A DNA stretch of 64,000 nucleotides from Chitinophagaceae bacterium (GCA_031360425.1 JANMBO010000108.1:6486-70485); one strand, 5' to 3'; shown: positions 48,324 to 60,460, counted from the stretch's first letter. Notes: generated by a model from the sequence alone, not told the origin. A program made the numbers and translations.

Positions 48324-51300
48324 TTAATCGGCATTTTCTTCTTCTTCCATTAGTTCATGGAGGGCAATGGCCAGGTTATTAGTTTTTACAAAATTGCACC
48401 AGTGGCAATCAGCCTTGCCACAACCGGTATAAAATTCCCGGTTTTGTATCTTTTGCCAGGTAGTTTTTATCTGTTCCGTAACCGTAGCAATGTCTGGGGT
48501 CGTGATCAGTAATTTTTCCTTCCGGTAGTTCTTCTTTTTATCGGGTTCAATAAAATCAAACTCGGTACTGACAGCGTTCCAGTCTTTTTGCCCGTTATTA
48601 TCCACAAGGATTTTATAAAATACTGCCTGCCGCCAGTAGTCGCCTCCGTTGGGTTCTTTATCGTTGGGTCCTTTTAGTTTGGAGATGGCTTTATCCGGAT
48701 CGCCGGTTTTATAATCTACTACATTAACGGACTTACCATCGAATTCCAGTTTGTCGAGCTTACCTTTTATAGGTACTCCCTGAATTTCCACGTTTCGGAT
48801 TGTGCGTTCAATGGCTACTATTTTATTGAAGCTATTAATATTCTTATCATAATAGTTTTTCAATACTTCCTGGCCATATTCCAGGCGGCGTTCAAATTGT
48901 TCTTTGGTAAAACTTTCGCGGTGCCGGTGCATGTACCATTCAAAATCGGCAATAAACTGTTGCTTGGAATGAAAATCGTTTATTTTGTTTTCCTGTAATT
49001 TGCGAAATAGTTGTTCTAAGGCAAAGTGAACCGAAGAACCAAATTCAGTAGCTTCATTTTTTGGGGAAGGAATACGAACCAGGGTTTTAAAATAGAATTC
49101 GAGCGGGCATTTCAAATAATTATTGAGGGCAGTAACGTTCATCACAAATTTTTCCAGTAACCGGCTTACAAAATCTTCTTCAAGCTTTTCAATTTCCGGA
49201 GCGGTTTCGCCAAATTGTAATGCCGCAAATAATGATAAGTCTTCCTGGCTTATGGTAACCGGTGTAGTGGTAAGGAGAGGATGCTGATCCTGTATCTCGG
49301 CTATAAACATTGATGGCTCCAGTTCTTTACCATCATTTTTGAACCGGCTGTAGGAAATAAAAAGAAATTGTTCAGCCCTCGTAATGGCTACATAAAACAA
49401 GCGGCGGAGCTCCTCTTCATCTTTATGCCTGGGTTGCGAGGAAAACATAGTATCAGGCAAAGTATATCCGTTGGCTGGTTTTCTTTTCTTTTCCCAAAAT
49501 GCCGCATTGCAGCCTGTCAGGAAAACATATTCAAACTCCAGGCCCTTGGAGCCATGCCCGGTGAGCAGGTTTACTCCTTTTTCACTTCCGCTTACCTGTA
49601 CAAGGGGCAATGATATTGCTTCTTTCTCCATCAGTTCAATTATGCTTACCAACTCCTGCAGATCCATAACCGGGTTGCGGTGCGTTTCTTCCTTGACAAA
49701 ATCAAAAAGGGCGGTTAACACTTGCAGCTGCGTGTGCTTATCGTCACTTTCCATCATGTGTTTGAGAATACCGGCTTCTCGAATGATGTTCTCAAATAAC
49801 TGTTGAAGCGTAACATTGGGCACCTCCGCGATCAGTTGTTCCAAAATGGCTGATGCTTTTTTCATATGTTCGTTCAATCCCTGCGAAAAAAGATCTTTGG
49901 GAGGAGCGATGGCTTTTTCATACAGCAAGCGTCTCAATGATGTTTTGCCTTCCCCGAATTGTTTTTCGGCTACTTCCACACTTAGTTTGGCAATTTCGAT
50001 CGGGGGAATATTGAGCCAGTTGAAATGCAGGATTTCAAAAAGCATTTCATCGCCTCCATAAGCCACATCATGTTCAGCCGCGAGATATTTAAGTAATAGT
50101 ATAATTTTTTCCGCAAGCGGAATTTGCAGGATATTCTGATGTCGTTTAATGTACACCGGGATATTCAGGAGTTTGAAATAGCGGGCAAGCTCTTCGCCAT
50201 ATTTGTTTTCTTTATAAATAATACCAATTCTTCCGGGGAGTATGTTTTGTTTTTGTACCAGTTGCTGCACCCGCTGTGCAATGTCCACCATTTCCTGTTG
50301 CTGCGTTTCATATTGATGGATAATCGGGGGGTGGGTTAATTGGCTGATGCGCTGGTTGGAAGCAATAAGTTCTTTAGTAAGATTTAATGCTGGATTTGTT
50401 TTAATCAACCGCTCTTTGTTTTGCTCGATAAGTGATTTGGATATATCAAGGATTGGCTGAACGGAGCGGTAGTTTCTTTCCAATACTATTACCAGAAGGT
50501 TGGAATAATTCTTCATGAACGCTTCCATGTTCTCCACGTTAGCTCCCTGGAACCGGTATATACTCTGGTCATCATCGCCCACCACAAAAACATTCGGTGA
50601 ATCCCAGTAATTGATGAGCAGTTCTACAATTTTATTTTGTGTTCCGCTGGTATCCTGGTATTCATCCACCAAAAAATACTGAAATCGTTCCTGGTAACCG
50701 GCCAGCAGGTTTTTATTTTGTTCAAAAGCGGTGATCACCCAGTTTATCATATCATCATAATCGTACCGGTTTCGTTGGCGCATTAATTGCTGAAAGCGGT
50801 CGAATTCGTTTACGGCAGCCCGTAACTTTTCCATCTTTTCTTTCTGTTCCTCTATCTTTTCCTTCTTTATATCACCTGCTTTGAATTCTTTAAATTTCTT
50901 TTTATATATAAATTCATCGCGGGTGGGTAAGTCGTTCAGGTATTCATCAATCTTTTGGTTAATAAAAGCAGGCCTCCATCCTTCTTTTTTCATATTGCTA
51001 AACAACGACTGAAGATTGTTGATTTCGTAATACACATCACCGCGGTATCTTTTCAGCGGATGATTTTTGGGGAAAGAATCGATCAACTCTTTAAATAGTT
51101 CTATCCGTTCGAGATCAGAAATAGGATCGAGGGCTGTTTTTTCAAATAAGGAAAGATTTTCCTGGATCACTTCGTTGCAAAATGCGTGAAAGGTATAGAG
51201 GTGTACCTTGTACGCATCGGGGCCGATAAATTGCAGTAACCGCTTGCGCATGGCTACTACTCCGGCATCGGTATAAGTAAGGCAAAGAATATTTTCAGGG

Positions 51301-51485
51301 GCGGCATCGGTATCCAATAATATTTTTCCGATTCGGCTGGCGAGTATCTGGGTTTTGCCGGTGCCTGGTCCGGCAATCACCATTACTGGCCCTTCGATAG
51401 TATCTACCGCTTTCCTTTGTTGTGCATTCAACTTTTCGTATTCCTGCAAGAATTTTTGCGTCAGTTTTTCCCGGTTATAGCTCAT
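48324..51485 (-). CDS. UvrD/PcrA-type SF1 helicase fused to a C-terminal PD-(D/E)xK (RecB/AddB/Cas4-like) nuclease with four Cys
   Basis: Walker A AGPGTGKT, FLVDEYQDT, VVGDDDQSIYRFQGA, HGSKGLEFEYVFL and YVAITRA. The C-terminal nuclease carries KCPLEFYF, ..VNVVDYKTG.. and CGKADCHWC. Confidence 0.88.
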   Translation of the reverse strand: MSYNREKLTQKFLQEYEKLNAQQRKAVDTIEGPVMVIAGPGTGKTQILASRIGKILLDTDAAPENILCLTYTDAGVVAMRKRLLQFIGPDAYKVHLYTFHAFCNEVIQENLSLFEKTALDPISDLERIELFKELIDSFPKNHPLKRYRGDVYYEINNLQSLFSNMKKEGWRPAFINQKIDEYLNDLPTRDEFIYKKKFKEFKAGDIKKEKIEEQKEKMEKLRAAVNEFDRFQQLMRQRNRYDYDDMINWVITAFEQNKNLLAGYQERFQYFLVDEYQDTSGTQNKIVELLINYWDSPNVFVVGDDDQSIYRFQGANVENMEAFMKNYSNLLVIVLERNYRSVQPILDISKSLIEQNKERLIKTNPALNLTKELIASNQRISQLTHPPIIHQYETQQQEMVDIAQRVQQLVQKQNILPGRIGIIYKENKYGEELARYFKLLNIPVYIKRHQNILQIPLAEKIILLLKYLAAEHDVAYGGDEMLFEILHFNWLNIPPIEIAKLSVEVAEKQFGEGKTSLRRLLYEKAIAPPKDLFSQGLNEHMKKASAILEQLIAEVPNVTLQQLFENIIREAGILKHMMESDDKHTQLQVLTALFDFVKEETHRNPVMDLQELVSIIELMEKEAISLPLVQVSGSEKGVNLLTGHGSKGLEFEYVFLTGCNAAFWEKKRKPANGYTLPDTMFSSQPRHKDEEELRRLFYVAITRAEQFLFISYSRFKNDGKELEPSMFIAEIQDQHPLLTTTPVTISQEDLSLFAALQFGETAPEIEKLEEDFVSRLLEKFVMNVTALNNYLKCPLEFYFKTLVRIPSPKNEATEFGSSVHFALEQLFRKLQENKINDFHSKQQFIADFEWYMHRHRESFTKEQFERRLEYGQEVLKNYYDKNINSFNKIVAIERTIRNVEIQGVPIKGKLDKLEFDGKSVNVVDYKTGDPDKAISKLKGPNDKEPNGGDYWRQAVFYKILVDNNGQKDWNAVSTEFDFIEPDKKKNYRKEKLLITTPDIATVTEQIKTTWQKIQNREFYTGCGKADCHWCNFVKTNNLAIALHELMEEEENAD

Positions 51486-51697
51486 GAATCAAAGATAGGA
51501 ATTCACTCAGCGTTAGTATGATTCTGGCTGAATAGGAAGGTGAAGGCTCTGGTAATTCCGTTAAGGGGAAATACATACACCCTGATAATTAATATCTTAA
51601 AGAAAAATCAAAAAGAAATGTTTAAGGAAGGGAAAAATTCTTTTTTTGGGAATAAATAATAAAAAACTGCGTTATAGGGAGAGCGAATCCAATCTCC

Positions 51698-53059
51698 ATG
51701 AAGAATATTAACAACCTGAAGATTTTTATATTGGAAGATGATGTTATGTATGGATCTATACTCCAGCATTATCTTTCGCTTAACCCTGATTTTGAAGTTA
51801 AGCGGTTTGAGAATTCGAAGGATTTCTTCAGCCGCCTCCATGAGCAACCCGATGTAGTAACGCTTGATTATTCAATGCCCGATATGGATGGTAGTGAAGT
51901 ATTGAAGCGTATTAAAGAGATGCATCCAACTATACAGGTCATTATTATTTCAGGACAGGAAGACGTCGGTACGGCCATCGACCTGCTTAAGAATGGCGCG
52001 TTTGATTATATAGTAAAAGACGATGATACCAAGGACCGTATCTGGAACTCGCTGATGCATCTGAATGAGATCAACGGGTTAAAGAAACAGGTGGAACACC
52101 TGAAAGAGCAGGTAGGTAAGAAATATGATTTTTCTAAATTTCTGATAGGCAAAAGCGAACCGATTGAAAAAGTTTTTGCCCTGATCGAGAAAGCATCCAA
52201 AAGTAATATTACTGTTTCGATAGCGGGTGAAACGGGTACAGGAAAAGAAATGGTGGCTAAAGCCATTCATTATAATTCGGACCGGCATAATAAACCTTTT
52301 GTTGCGGTGAACGTTGCCGCTATCCCCCGCGACCTGATTGAAAGTGAATTATTCGGTCATGAAAAAGGCGCATTTACTGGTGCCGCTACCCGCCGTATTG
52401 GAAAATTTGAAGAAGCATCGAATGGTACGTTATTCTTAGATGAAATTGGCGAGCTGGATATCAACCTCCAGGCAAAACTTTTACGGGTGTTACAGGAGAG
52501 AGAGATTATTCGAATAGGCGGGAATGAAGTAGTGCCCATAAATGTTCGCATCATTGTAGCTACGCATCGTAATCTTCCGGAAGAAGTGCAGAATAAAACA
52601 TTTCGCGAAGACCTTTATTATCGATTGATGGGATTACCCATACACCTGCCACCGCTTCGTGAAAGAGGCAGCGACATTATTGTATTAGCCAAATATTTTG
52701 TGGACGGTTTCTGCAAGGATAATGGATCGGAAAAAAAAGTACTATCGCCCGAAGCGCAGCAGAAATTACTGAGTTATCCGTTTCCCGGTAATGTGCGGGA
52801 ATTGCGATCAGTAATGGAGCTATCGGTAGTCATGAGTGACGGCGATACTATTATGCCGGGACATATTTCGGTGAATACTGGGACCTCCTTAAATAACCTG
52901 ATGAGTTATGAAAAAACATTGAAAGAATATGAAACGCAGATCATTCAGCATTTTCTGGATAAGTATAATAAAGATGTTTTACTGGTAGCTAAGAAACTGG
53001 ATGTCGGCAAGTCTACCATTTATCGTATGATTCAAGCCGGAGAACTTAACACAAAATAA
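51698..53059 (+). CDS. sigma-54-dependent response regulator (NtrC/Fis family)
   Basis: Receiver domain (ILEDD..TLDYSMPDMDG), AAA+ domain (GETGTGKE, ESELFGHEKGAFTGA, LFLDEIGE) and C-terminal Fis-type HTH (VAKKLDVGKSTIYRMI). Confidence 0.92.
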   Translation: MKNINNLKIFILEDDVMYGSILQHYLSLNPDFEVKRFENSKDFFSRLHEQPDVVTLDYSMPDMDGSEVLKRIKEMHPTIQVIIISGQEDVGTAIDLLKNGAFDYIVKDDDTKDRIWNSLMHLNEINGLKKQVEHLKEQVGKKYDFSKFLIGKSEPIEKVFALIEKASKSNITVSIAGETGTGKEMVAKAIHYNSDRHNKPFVAVNVAAIPRDLIESELFGHEKGAFTGAATRRIGKFEEASNGTLFLDEIGELDINLQAKLLRVLQEREIIRIGGNEVVPINVRIIVATHRNLPEEVQNKTFREDLYYRLMGLPIHLPPLRERGSDIIVLAKYFVDGFCKDNGSEKKVLSPEAQQKLLSYPFPGNVRELRSVMELSVVMSDGDTIMPGHISVNTGTSLNNLMSYEKTLKEYETQIIQHFLDKYNKDVLLVAKKLDVGKSTIYRMIQAGELNTK

Positions 53060-53064
53060 TTACC

Positions 53065-53418
53065 ATGGAAGCAAATGATAAATTATATGATCTCAGCATG
53101 ATCGAAACTATTTCGGGAGGAGACCAGGGTTTTATTAAGAATATGGTGCAATTGTTTATTGATACTATGCCCCAGAATTTAAAAGACCTGCAGGACACGT
53201 TGAAACAGGAAAACTGGGAAATGGTAGGGAAACATGCGCATAAAATGAAATCGACCATCGATTCCATGGGTATTACTTCATTGAAAGATGACATACGGGC
53301 GGTAGAAGCTGGAGGGAAGTCCAAAACCAACCTGGAAAATTTACCTGCTTTAATAGTGAAGATATCCAACACATTGGATAATTGCATTACGCAAATAAAA
53401 AATGATCACGGATTGTAA
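53065..53418 (+). CDS. Hpt (histidine phosphotransfer) domain protein
   Basis: The HAHKMKSTIDSMG motif (HxxKG-like) in a helical protein of about 115 aa, 5 nt after the response regulator stop. Confidence 0.75.
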   Translation: MEANDKLYDLSMIETISGGDQGFIKNMVQLFIDTMPQNLKDLQDTLKQENWEMVGKHAHKMKSTIDSMGITSLKDDIRAVEAGGKSKTNLENLPALIVKISNTLDNCITQIKNDHGL

Positions 53419-53468
53419 ACTTATTGGGGATAGATTGGTTATAATAGCGAACTATCAATAAGATTATT

Positions 53469-53948
53469 ATGGCCGTTCATTCATTTAAAACAGTGCAGTT
53501 GATACCGGTTAGGCTGGAAGAGGCGTGGGATTTCTTTTCGAGCCCCTCTAATTTACAGGTCATAACTCCTCCGAACATGGACTTTCGTATTATTTCAAAA
53601 TACCAGGGTACTAAAATGTATCCGGGGCAGGTGATCGAATATACCGTAAAGCCTTTGCTGAATATTCCGATGTATTGGATGACGGAAATTACTCATGTGC
53701 AACCACAGGAATTTTTTGTAGACGAACAACGTTTCGGGCCCTATAGCATGTGGCACCACCAGCATCATTTTAAGGAAGTAGCAGGCGGAGTTGAAATGAC
53801 GGATATTGTTCATTATAAAATACCCGGCTGGTGGATAGGCGATGTTATGAACACGTTATACGTAAAGAAACAGCTAAATAAAATTTTTGATTACCGGCAT
53901 AAGAAAGTGGAGGAGTTGTTTGGGAAGATTTTACCGCAGAGACCATGA
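53469..53948 (+). CDS. SRPBCC-family protein (COG4276-like)
   Basis: F.S..NL..ITPP...F.I.....M..G..I.Y......P..W..EI......FVDEQ..GPY..W.H.H.F pattern. Confidence 0.7.
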   Translation: MAVHSFKTVQLIPVRLEEAWDFFSSPSNLQVITPPNMDFRIISKYQGTKMYPGQVIEYTVKPLLNIPMYWMTEITHVQPQEFFVDEQRFGPYSMWHHQHHFKEVAGGVEMTDIVHYKIPGWWIGDVMNTLYVKKQLNKIFDYRHKKVEELFGKILPQRP

Positions 53949-54048
53949 GGAAAGGAGTTTTCGCTGGTGAGTTACTAGCACTGACCCTGGGCTCTCCATT
54001 CTCTGAAGTAAAAATATTTTCGGAGTTTATGGGTTGAAATTATCTCCC

Positions 54049-54699
54049 TTATCCTGGAATACGCGTAATATACTTTTCAACTTCTTTAATCTGCTTAATT
54101 ATTTCGGGGTTGGTTGGTTTCAATGCTTTACTCTTACGGAAGAATTCTTTGGCGGCACGAAACTCTCTTTTATTCATCATAATATTACACATCTGCAGGT
54201 AGGCGGCGGCCTCATTATCTTTATCGGGCAATCCTTCCCGGATCGACTGGCGGATATAACTTTCGGCTTGTTTTAAATTGCCACGCTGCATCGATATCAT
54301 CCCCATTTGCAGCAGACTGGCCCCTTTTACTTCCTTCATAGGTGATCCAAGGTCCAGCCCTTTTTGCATCATTTTTTCGGCTCCGTCATAATCCTGTTTC
54401 ATCATGGCCAGCTGTCCTTTCACTGTATAATAGGCGGAGCGGACCGGTTTATAAAGCAGGGTAGGATATTTTATTGAATTCAATACTTTTTCGGCCCCTT
54501 CCATATTACCCGTTTCGAGATGCTCTTGTATCAACCGCAAAGGGCCGATAAAGAAATGCCCTGCTATTAAAATAAGGCCTATAAAATAGGCTGGAAAGGC
54601 GGGCCAGAAACTCGCAAATATATTGGTGATGATTCCAATACCTATCAGTATAAAACCCAGTGCCAGCCGGTACCGTATAAGAAGATTGTAAAATTTCAT
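54049..54699 (-). CDS. membrane protein with TPR-like repeats
   Basis: Two N-terminal TM helices followed by helical repeats (..GNLKQAESYIRQSI.., ..REFRAAKEFFRKSKALKP..). Confidence 0.55.
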   Translation of the reverse strand: MKFYNLLIRYRLALGFILIGIGIITNIFASFWPAFPAYFIGLILIAGHFFIGPLRLIQEHLETGNMEGAEKVLNSIKYPTLLYKPVRSAYYTVKGQLAMMKQDYDGAEKMMQKGLDLGSPMKEVKGASLLQMGMISMQRGNLKQAESYIRQSIREGLPDKDNEAAAYLQMCNIMMNKREFRAAKEFFRKSKALKPTNPEIIKQIKEVEKYITRIPG

Positions 54700-55036
54700 T
54701 CAATAATTTTTTATAACTCAGTGTTCGGGTCTAAAACAAAATCGGCCACAATATTAAGGTATTTTGGACGGTTGAGACCGGCTTTGCATTATAGGGAAGA
54801 TTAATGGAGCAATTGGCTGGAGCAGAAGACCGTATAGTCGAGCCAACTGATTGCCTGATTAATAGTTGCCGCTTAGATTCCTAAAAAAGACAGGTTTTGC
54901 TGTGATTCCTGAACTTTTGGTGGGTCCGCAATCCATAATCCTTGCTAATTGAGATTGTAATAATGAATTCAAAAATATTTTAGCAGTTGAATCGTTATTG
55001 ATCAGATATATCCTGTAAAACCTAAATCCAAAATCC

Positions 55037-56584
55037 ATGAAGCAGGCTTCTATTGTATTCATATGCCTGATCGTAGGTTTGTTGAATACAAACGCTCAAT
55101 TACGAATAGCTATTTCGGGAGGCCCGCAGCTTGCATCGGTGCCCGGCAATTACAGTCCGGGATGGGATACCATTTCCTATCAATTCAGTAACAGACAGGG
55201 TTGGCGCGCAGGGGTGTTGACCGATATCCATTTTTCACCCAGCTCAATATTCTATTTGCAGTCGGGTATGTTTTATTCCAACAAGGGAAGAAATCTATCT
55301 GCCAAATTCGATACCGCAACAGGAAATTTGTCTCATGTTAACGGAGTTCAATACCTGAACTATTTTGAATTTCCATTAAATATCGTATTGAAGCTAAACT
55401 TAGGAAGGAAAGCCAAGATTATGTTTGGAGGCGGCCCCTATGCGGCCTATTTATTTAGTGGCAGGGAACGCAGAGAATTTCACAATAAAAATGGTTCTGT
55501 ACAGACCTTTGAGAATACCGATTTAAAAATAAGTACCTCAACGGTTCAGTACAATAATATGGATTATGGATTAAACGGCCTGTTCGGTTTTGAATTTGGC
55601 CGATTGATAATATCTGGTCATTACAGCCAGGGGTTTAAAGATTTTTACAAGCCTTCCACAATACAAGGGGTTTATAAGCACCAGACCATAAATGCTTCTC
55701 TTGGATATTACATTACAAGAGGGGTAGCTAGGAAACAAAAAAAGAAAGATACTAAGCCCGGGAAAGAGCCAAAGATTAAAGATCAGGACCTTGATGGAGT
55801 TCCGGATAAGATAGATGCCTGTCCCGATAAAGTGGGTACGCTGGCTATGTTAGGTTGCCCGGATGCGGATGGAGATAGTGTGGCCGACAAGGACGATCAA
55901 TGTCCGAATATTGCAGGATTATTGAAGTACAAAGGATGCCCTGTTCCAGATACGGATAAAGATGGAATAAATGATGAGGAGGATTCATGTCCTGAAACAG
56001 CGGGAGTTAAAAAATACAATGGTTGTCCAATTCCGGATACAGACAATGACGGAGTTAATGATGAAGAAGATAAATGCCCGGCTATGGCAGGATCCTCAAA
56101 ATATAAAGGTTGCCCGATTCCGGATTCAGATAATGATGGTGTTAATGATGAAGAAGATAAATGTCCTAAAAAGAAAGGCGTATCATCCAATCATGGATGC
56201 CCGGAGATTAAGAAAGCGATTATTAAAAAGGTGGATATGGCAGCCCGGCGGATTCAGTTTAAATATAAAAGTGTATTGCTGTTACCTGTCTCCAAAAAAG
56301 TACTTAATGAAGTCGTAAAAATATTAAAGAAAAATCCAGAACTGAACTTATCCATTGAAGGACATACCAGTAGTGATGGAAACCCGGATAATCATATGAA
56401 ATTATCGTATGCCCGGGCCTATAGTGTGAAAATATACCTGGAGTCGAAAGGAGTTTCTCCGTTCCAGTTGAAAGCGGAAGGATTCGGAGCCACCCGTCCG
56501 TTAGCCAAAGGAAATTCAGCTGCAGAATTAGCGCGTAACCGAAGGGTAGATATGAAGTTGAATAATTTCCAGCAAGGGTTATAA
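55037..56584 (+). CDS. OmpA-family outer-membrane protein: N-terminal beta-barrel, thrombospondin type-3 repeats, C-terminal OmpA domain
   Basis: Signal peptide and barrel-like alternating region. There are 4-5 repeats of CP.PDTD.DG(V/I)NDEED.CP. The OmpA_C motif is IEGHTSSDGNPDNHMKLSYARAYSV..NRRVD. Confidence 0.9.
   Translation: MKQASIVFICLIVGLLNTNAQLRIAISGGPQLASVPGNYSPGWDTISYQFSNRQGWRAGVLTDIHFSPSSIFYLQSGMFYSNKGRNLSAKFDTATGNLSHVNGVQYLNYFEFPLNIVLKLNLGRKAKIMFGGGPYAAYLFSGRERREFHNKNGSVQTFENTDLKISTSTVQYNNMDYGLNGLFGFEFGRLIISGHYSQGFKDFYKPSTIQGVYKHQTINASLGYYITRGVARKQKKKDTKPGKEPKIKDQDLDGVPDKIDACPDKVGTLAMLGCPDADGDSVADKDDQCPNIAGLLKYKGCPVPDTDKDGINDEEDSCPETAGVKKYNGCPIPDTDNDGVNDEEDKCPAMAGSSKYKGCPIPDSDNDGVNDEEDKCPKKKGVSSNHGCPEIKKAIIKKVDMAARRIQFKYKSVLLLPVSKKVLNEVVKILKKNPELNLSIEGHTSSDGNPDNHMKLSYARAYSVKIYLESKGVSPFQLKAEGFGATRPLAKGNSAAELARNRRVDMKLNNFQQGL
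55781..56200 (+). repeat. tandem coding repeats (thrombospondin type-3, Ca-binding DxDxDGxxDxxD) within the OmpA gene
   Basis: Near-identical 87-93-nt units are present, for example GCPIPDTDNDGVNDEEDKCPAMAG and GCPIPDSDNDGVNDEEDKCPKKKG. Confidence 0.85.
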
Positions 56585-56620
56585 ATATTGATAAATAAAA
56601 ATCGAATCTCAATTTAAATT

Positions 56621-56655
56621 GAATAACCAACCTGGCTTTCACAGGTTGGTTATTC
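56621..56655. terminator. bidirectional terminator hairpin between the convergent ompA-like and SnoaL-like genes
   Basis: Perfect 14-bp stem GAATAACCAACCTG/CAGGTTGGTTATTC with a 7-nt loop, and A/T-rich flanks on both sides. Confidence 0.75.
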
Positions 56656-56684
56656 TCCATTTTAAAGAACAAGAAACAAGCTGC

Positions 56685-57038
56685 TCAATAAAAAAATTCT
56701 TCAAAAACAATTTTTCCATTTTCCACTTTGTAAACGCAAATTTCTTCCAGTAACACTCTGCCCCGGCCTTTCATAGTGGCATCGAGTACCATGCCCATAC
56801 TGAAATACTTTCCGGTAACGATCGGGTCGGTAACGGAGCCACCATGGCGTTCTTCAATCATACTGGCAAATTGTTTTCCTTTTTCAATAACGGCTTTAAG
56901 TCCTACTGCTTTTTCAACGGGTGCCCCTGCTGGTTCAATACTAACCATGTTTTCACCGTATAATTCTGTTTGGGCCTGCTGGATTTGCCCGGTACGGCAA
57001 AGTTCCACTAAGCGACTAGCCACTTCCTGAGTATTCAT
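56685..57038 (-). CDS. SnoaL-like / NTF2-fold protein
   Basis: Small (117 aa) alpha+beta protein. The pattern ..LY.EN.VSIEP..........G..A...K........I......V..P.V.G..F.......T.K is typical of SnoaL-like domain proteins. Assignment is by resemblance only. Confidence 0.5.
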   Translation of the reverse strand: MNTQEVASRLVELCRTGQIQQAQTELYGENMVSIEPAGAPVEKAVGLKAVIEKGKQFASMIEERHGGSVTDPIVTGKYFSMGMVLDATMKGRGRVLLEEICVYKVENGKIVFEEFFY

Positions 57039-57252
57039 AACTTAAATTTTAATTGTAGTGAAATAAGCAAAAATTTTCTTTCAATGACTTTCCTGTTAGT
57101 TGATATAGTTATGACGAACAGCAGATGCTAAACCGGACAGGGTACTCTCGAAATAATTTCAATTTATTAAAACCTGCCAATATCTGAAAGATCTTAATCT
57201 TATAATGACATTTGAATGGGATGTATGATTGGAGTGGGTGTTGTTATGTTAA

Positions 57253-59308
<2,056 letters not shown>

Positions 59309-59316
59309 ATCACCTG

Positions 59317-60084
59317 TTATAGTTTGACATATTTTTTATTGAAAGTGTAAACCAGGCTTACATTCCAGAGAAAGTCCTTACTTCCTGAAATATTTGATTT
59401 AATTTCTTTGTTGATGATGGCTGAAACAGCGAGTGGAAAATTTTTCTTTGCTACCGTAAGTGAAGAAGTAAAATAAATACCATCTTGTGCATCCAGCTTT
59501 AAATAGTAAAATTGCGGATTTATGTTGAGGAAAAACTGATCCGTGATTTTGATATTCGAATAATTTAAATTAAAGGTAATGAAGTGTGTGTTCCCTATGG
59601 TGCCTGCATCAAGACCATGTGAATACAAGTAATATAAACCAACACTGAAATTTTTTGAGAGAAAATAATTAGGAGAGAGCTCGCCGGCTAAATAGCGTCT
59701 GGTAACTGTTGTTTCACTTGAATCTCCGTTTATTGGTATATCAGATGTTTTAAAATTCAGCCCAAGATGCGCCCCTGTATTCATCTTAAACTTATCAGTT
59801 GTTACTAATTTGTACCTGCCCCAGAAAAGAAAAGACCAGGGCTTTCCCCCCAATGAGAATCGAAGGTCGGGTTCAAAGCTATACCTGTTTTTTCCCACCG
59901 ACAGGCTGAATATAGCCGCAGGTTTACCTAAAGAAAAAGAGGGTACAATTGAAATTCCGTTATTGGTAATACTGATTGAACCTGAAAAATGACTGATACT
60001 TTTTGCACTATCCTTCTTTTGCGAAAAAGAGAAATGAGACAGCATTAATAGCGCAAAAAGCATTAGACCTGTATACTTTTTCAT
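59317..60084 (-). CDS. secreted hypothetical protein, probable outer-membrane beta-barrel
   Basis: Signal peptide MKKYTGLMLFALLMLSHFSFSQ, alternating hydrophobic strands, and a C-terminal aromatic-rich ..VSLVYTFNKKYVKL. Confidence 0.5.
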   Translation of the reverse strand: MKKYTGLMLFALLMLSHFSFSQKKDSAKSISHFSGSISITNNGISIVPSFSLGKPAAIFSLSVGKNRYSFEPDLRFSLGGKPWSFLFWGRYKLVTTDKFKMNTGAHLGLNFKTSDIPINGDSSETTVTRRYLAGELSPNYFLSKNFSVGLYYLYSHGLDAGTIGNTHFITFNLNYSNIKITDQFFLNINPQFYYLKLDAQDGIYFTSSLTVAKKNFPLAVSAIINKEIKSNISGSKDFLWNVSLVYTFNKKYVKL

Positions 60085-60250
60085 CGTTTTAATTGTGTTT
60101 TAATTTCAAGATGCAAAAGAACTTTATTCAGCCAGGTTTTTATAACGAAGTTCAAATAGATCATTACGATTTTCAAATAGTTTACACCGGTTGGGTTGGG
60201 GATTTAAGTAGGAAACCGGATTCAGTCAGCCTTTTGCTTCATATGCGAAA

Positions 60251-60460
60251 AGATCCCGGCAAATCGAACTTCCCGGAGGGATTAAGGAGGTAAGTTCTTA
60301 ACAGAAAAAGCGAAAATCAAACTTATCGGTGATTATCACTCCGATTCGGGCATTTGTAGTCCCGAACCCGCAAGCACCTGTGGGGTATCAAAACTTTAGA
60401 CCCGCCTGGTAAAGTAGCCAGGATCCCGAATGTGCGGGATACCTAGAGTTTAGTCCCACA
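60251..60460 (-). repeat. series of degenerate partial copies of the tRNA-Arg 3' half
   Basis: In minus-strand sense, 60357-60400 reads AAAGTTTTGATACCCCACAGGTGCTTGCGGGTTCGGGACTA, against the tRNA AAACTTTTGATACAGGTTCGATTCCTGTCGGGACTA. Shorter relics are GGAAGTTCGATTTGCCGGGATCT (60251-60273), TTCGGGATCC (about 60421-60430) and GGGACTAA (60450-60457). Confidence 0.55.

Noticed and set aside
60093-60293. 66-aa ORF next to the tRNA, and the 78-aa ORF at 61006-61242.
   Set aside because: The first overlaps the decayed tRNA-fragment region and has no motif or sensible start context. The second overlaps the 3' end of the acyl-CoA ligase gene and is Gly/Pro/Tyr-rich nonsense.
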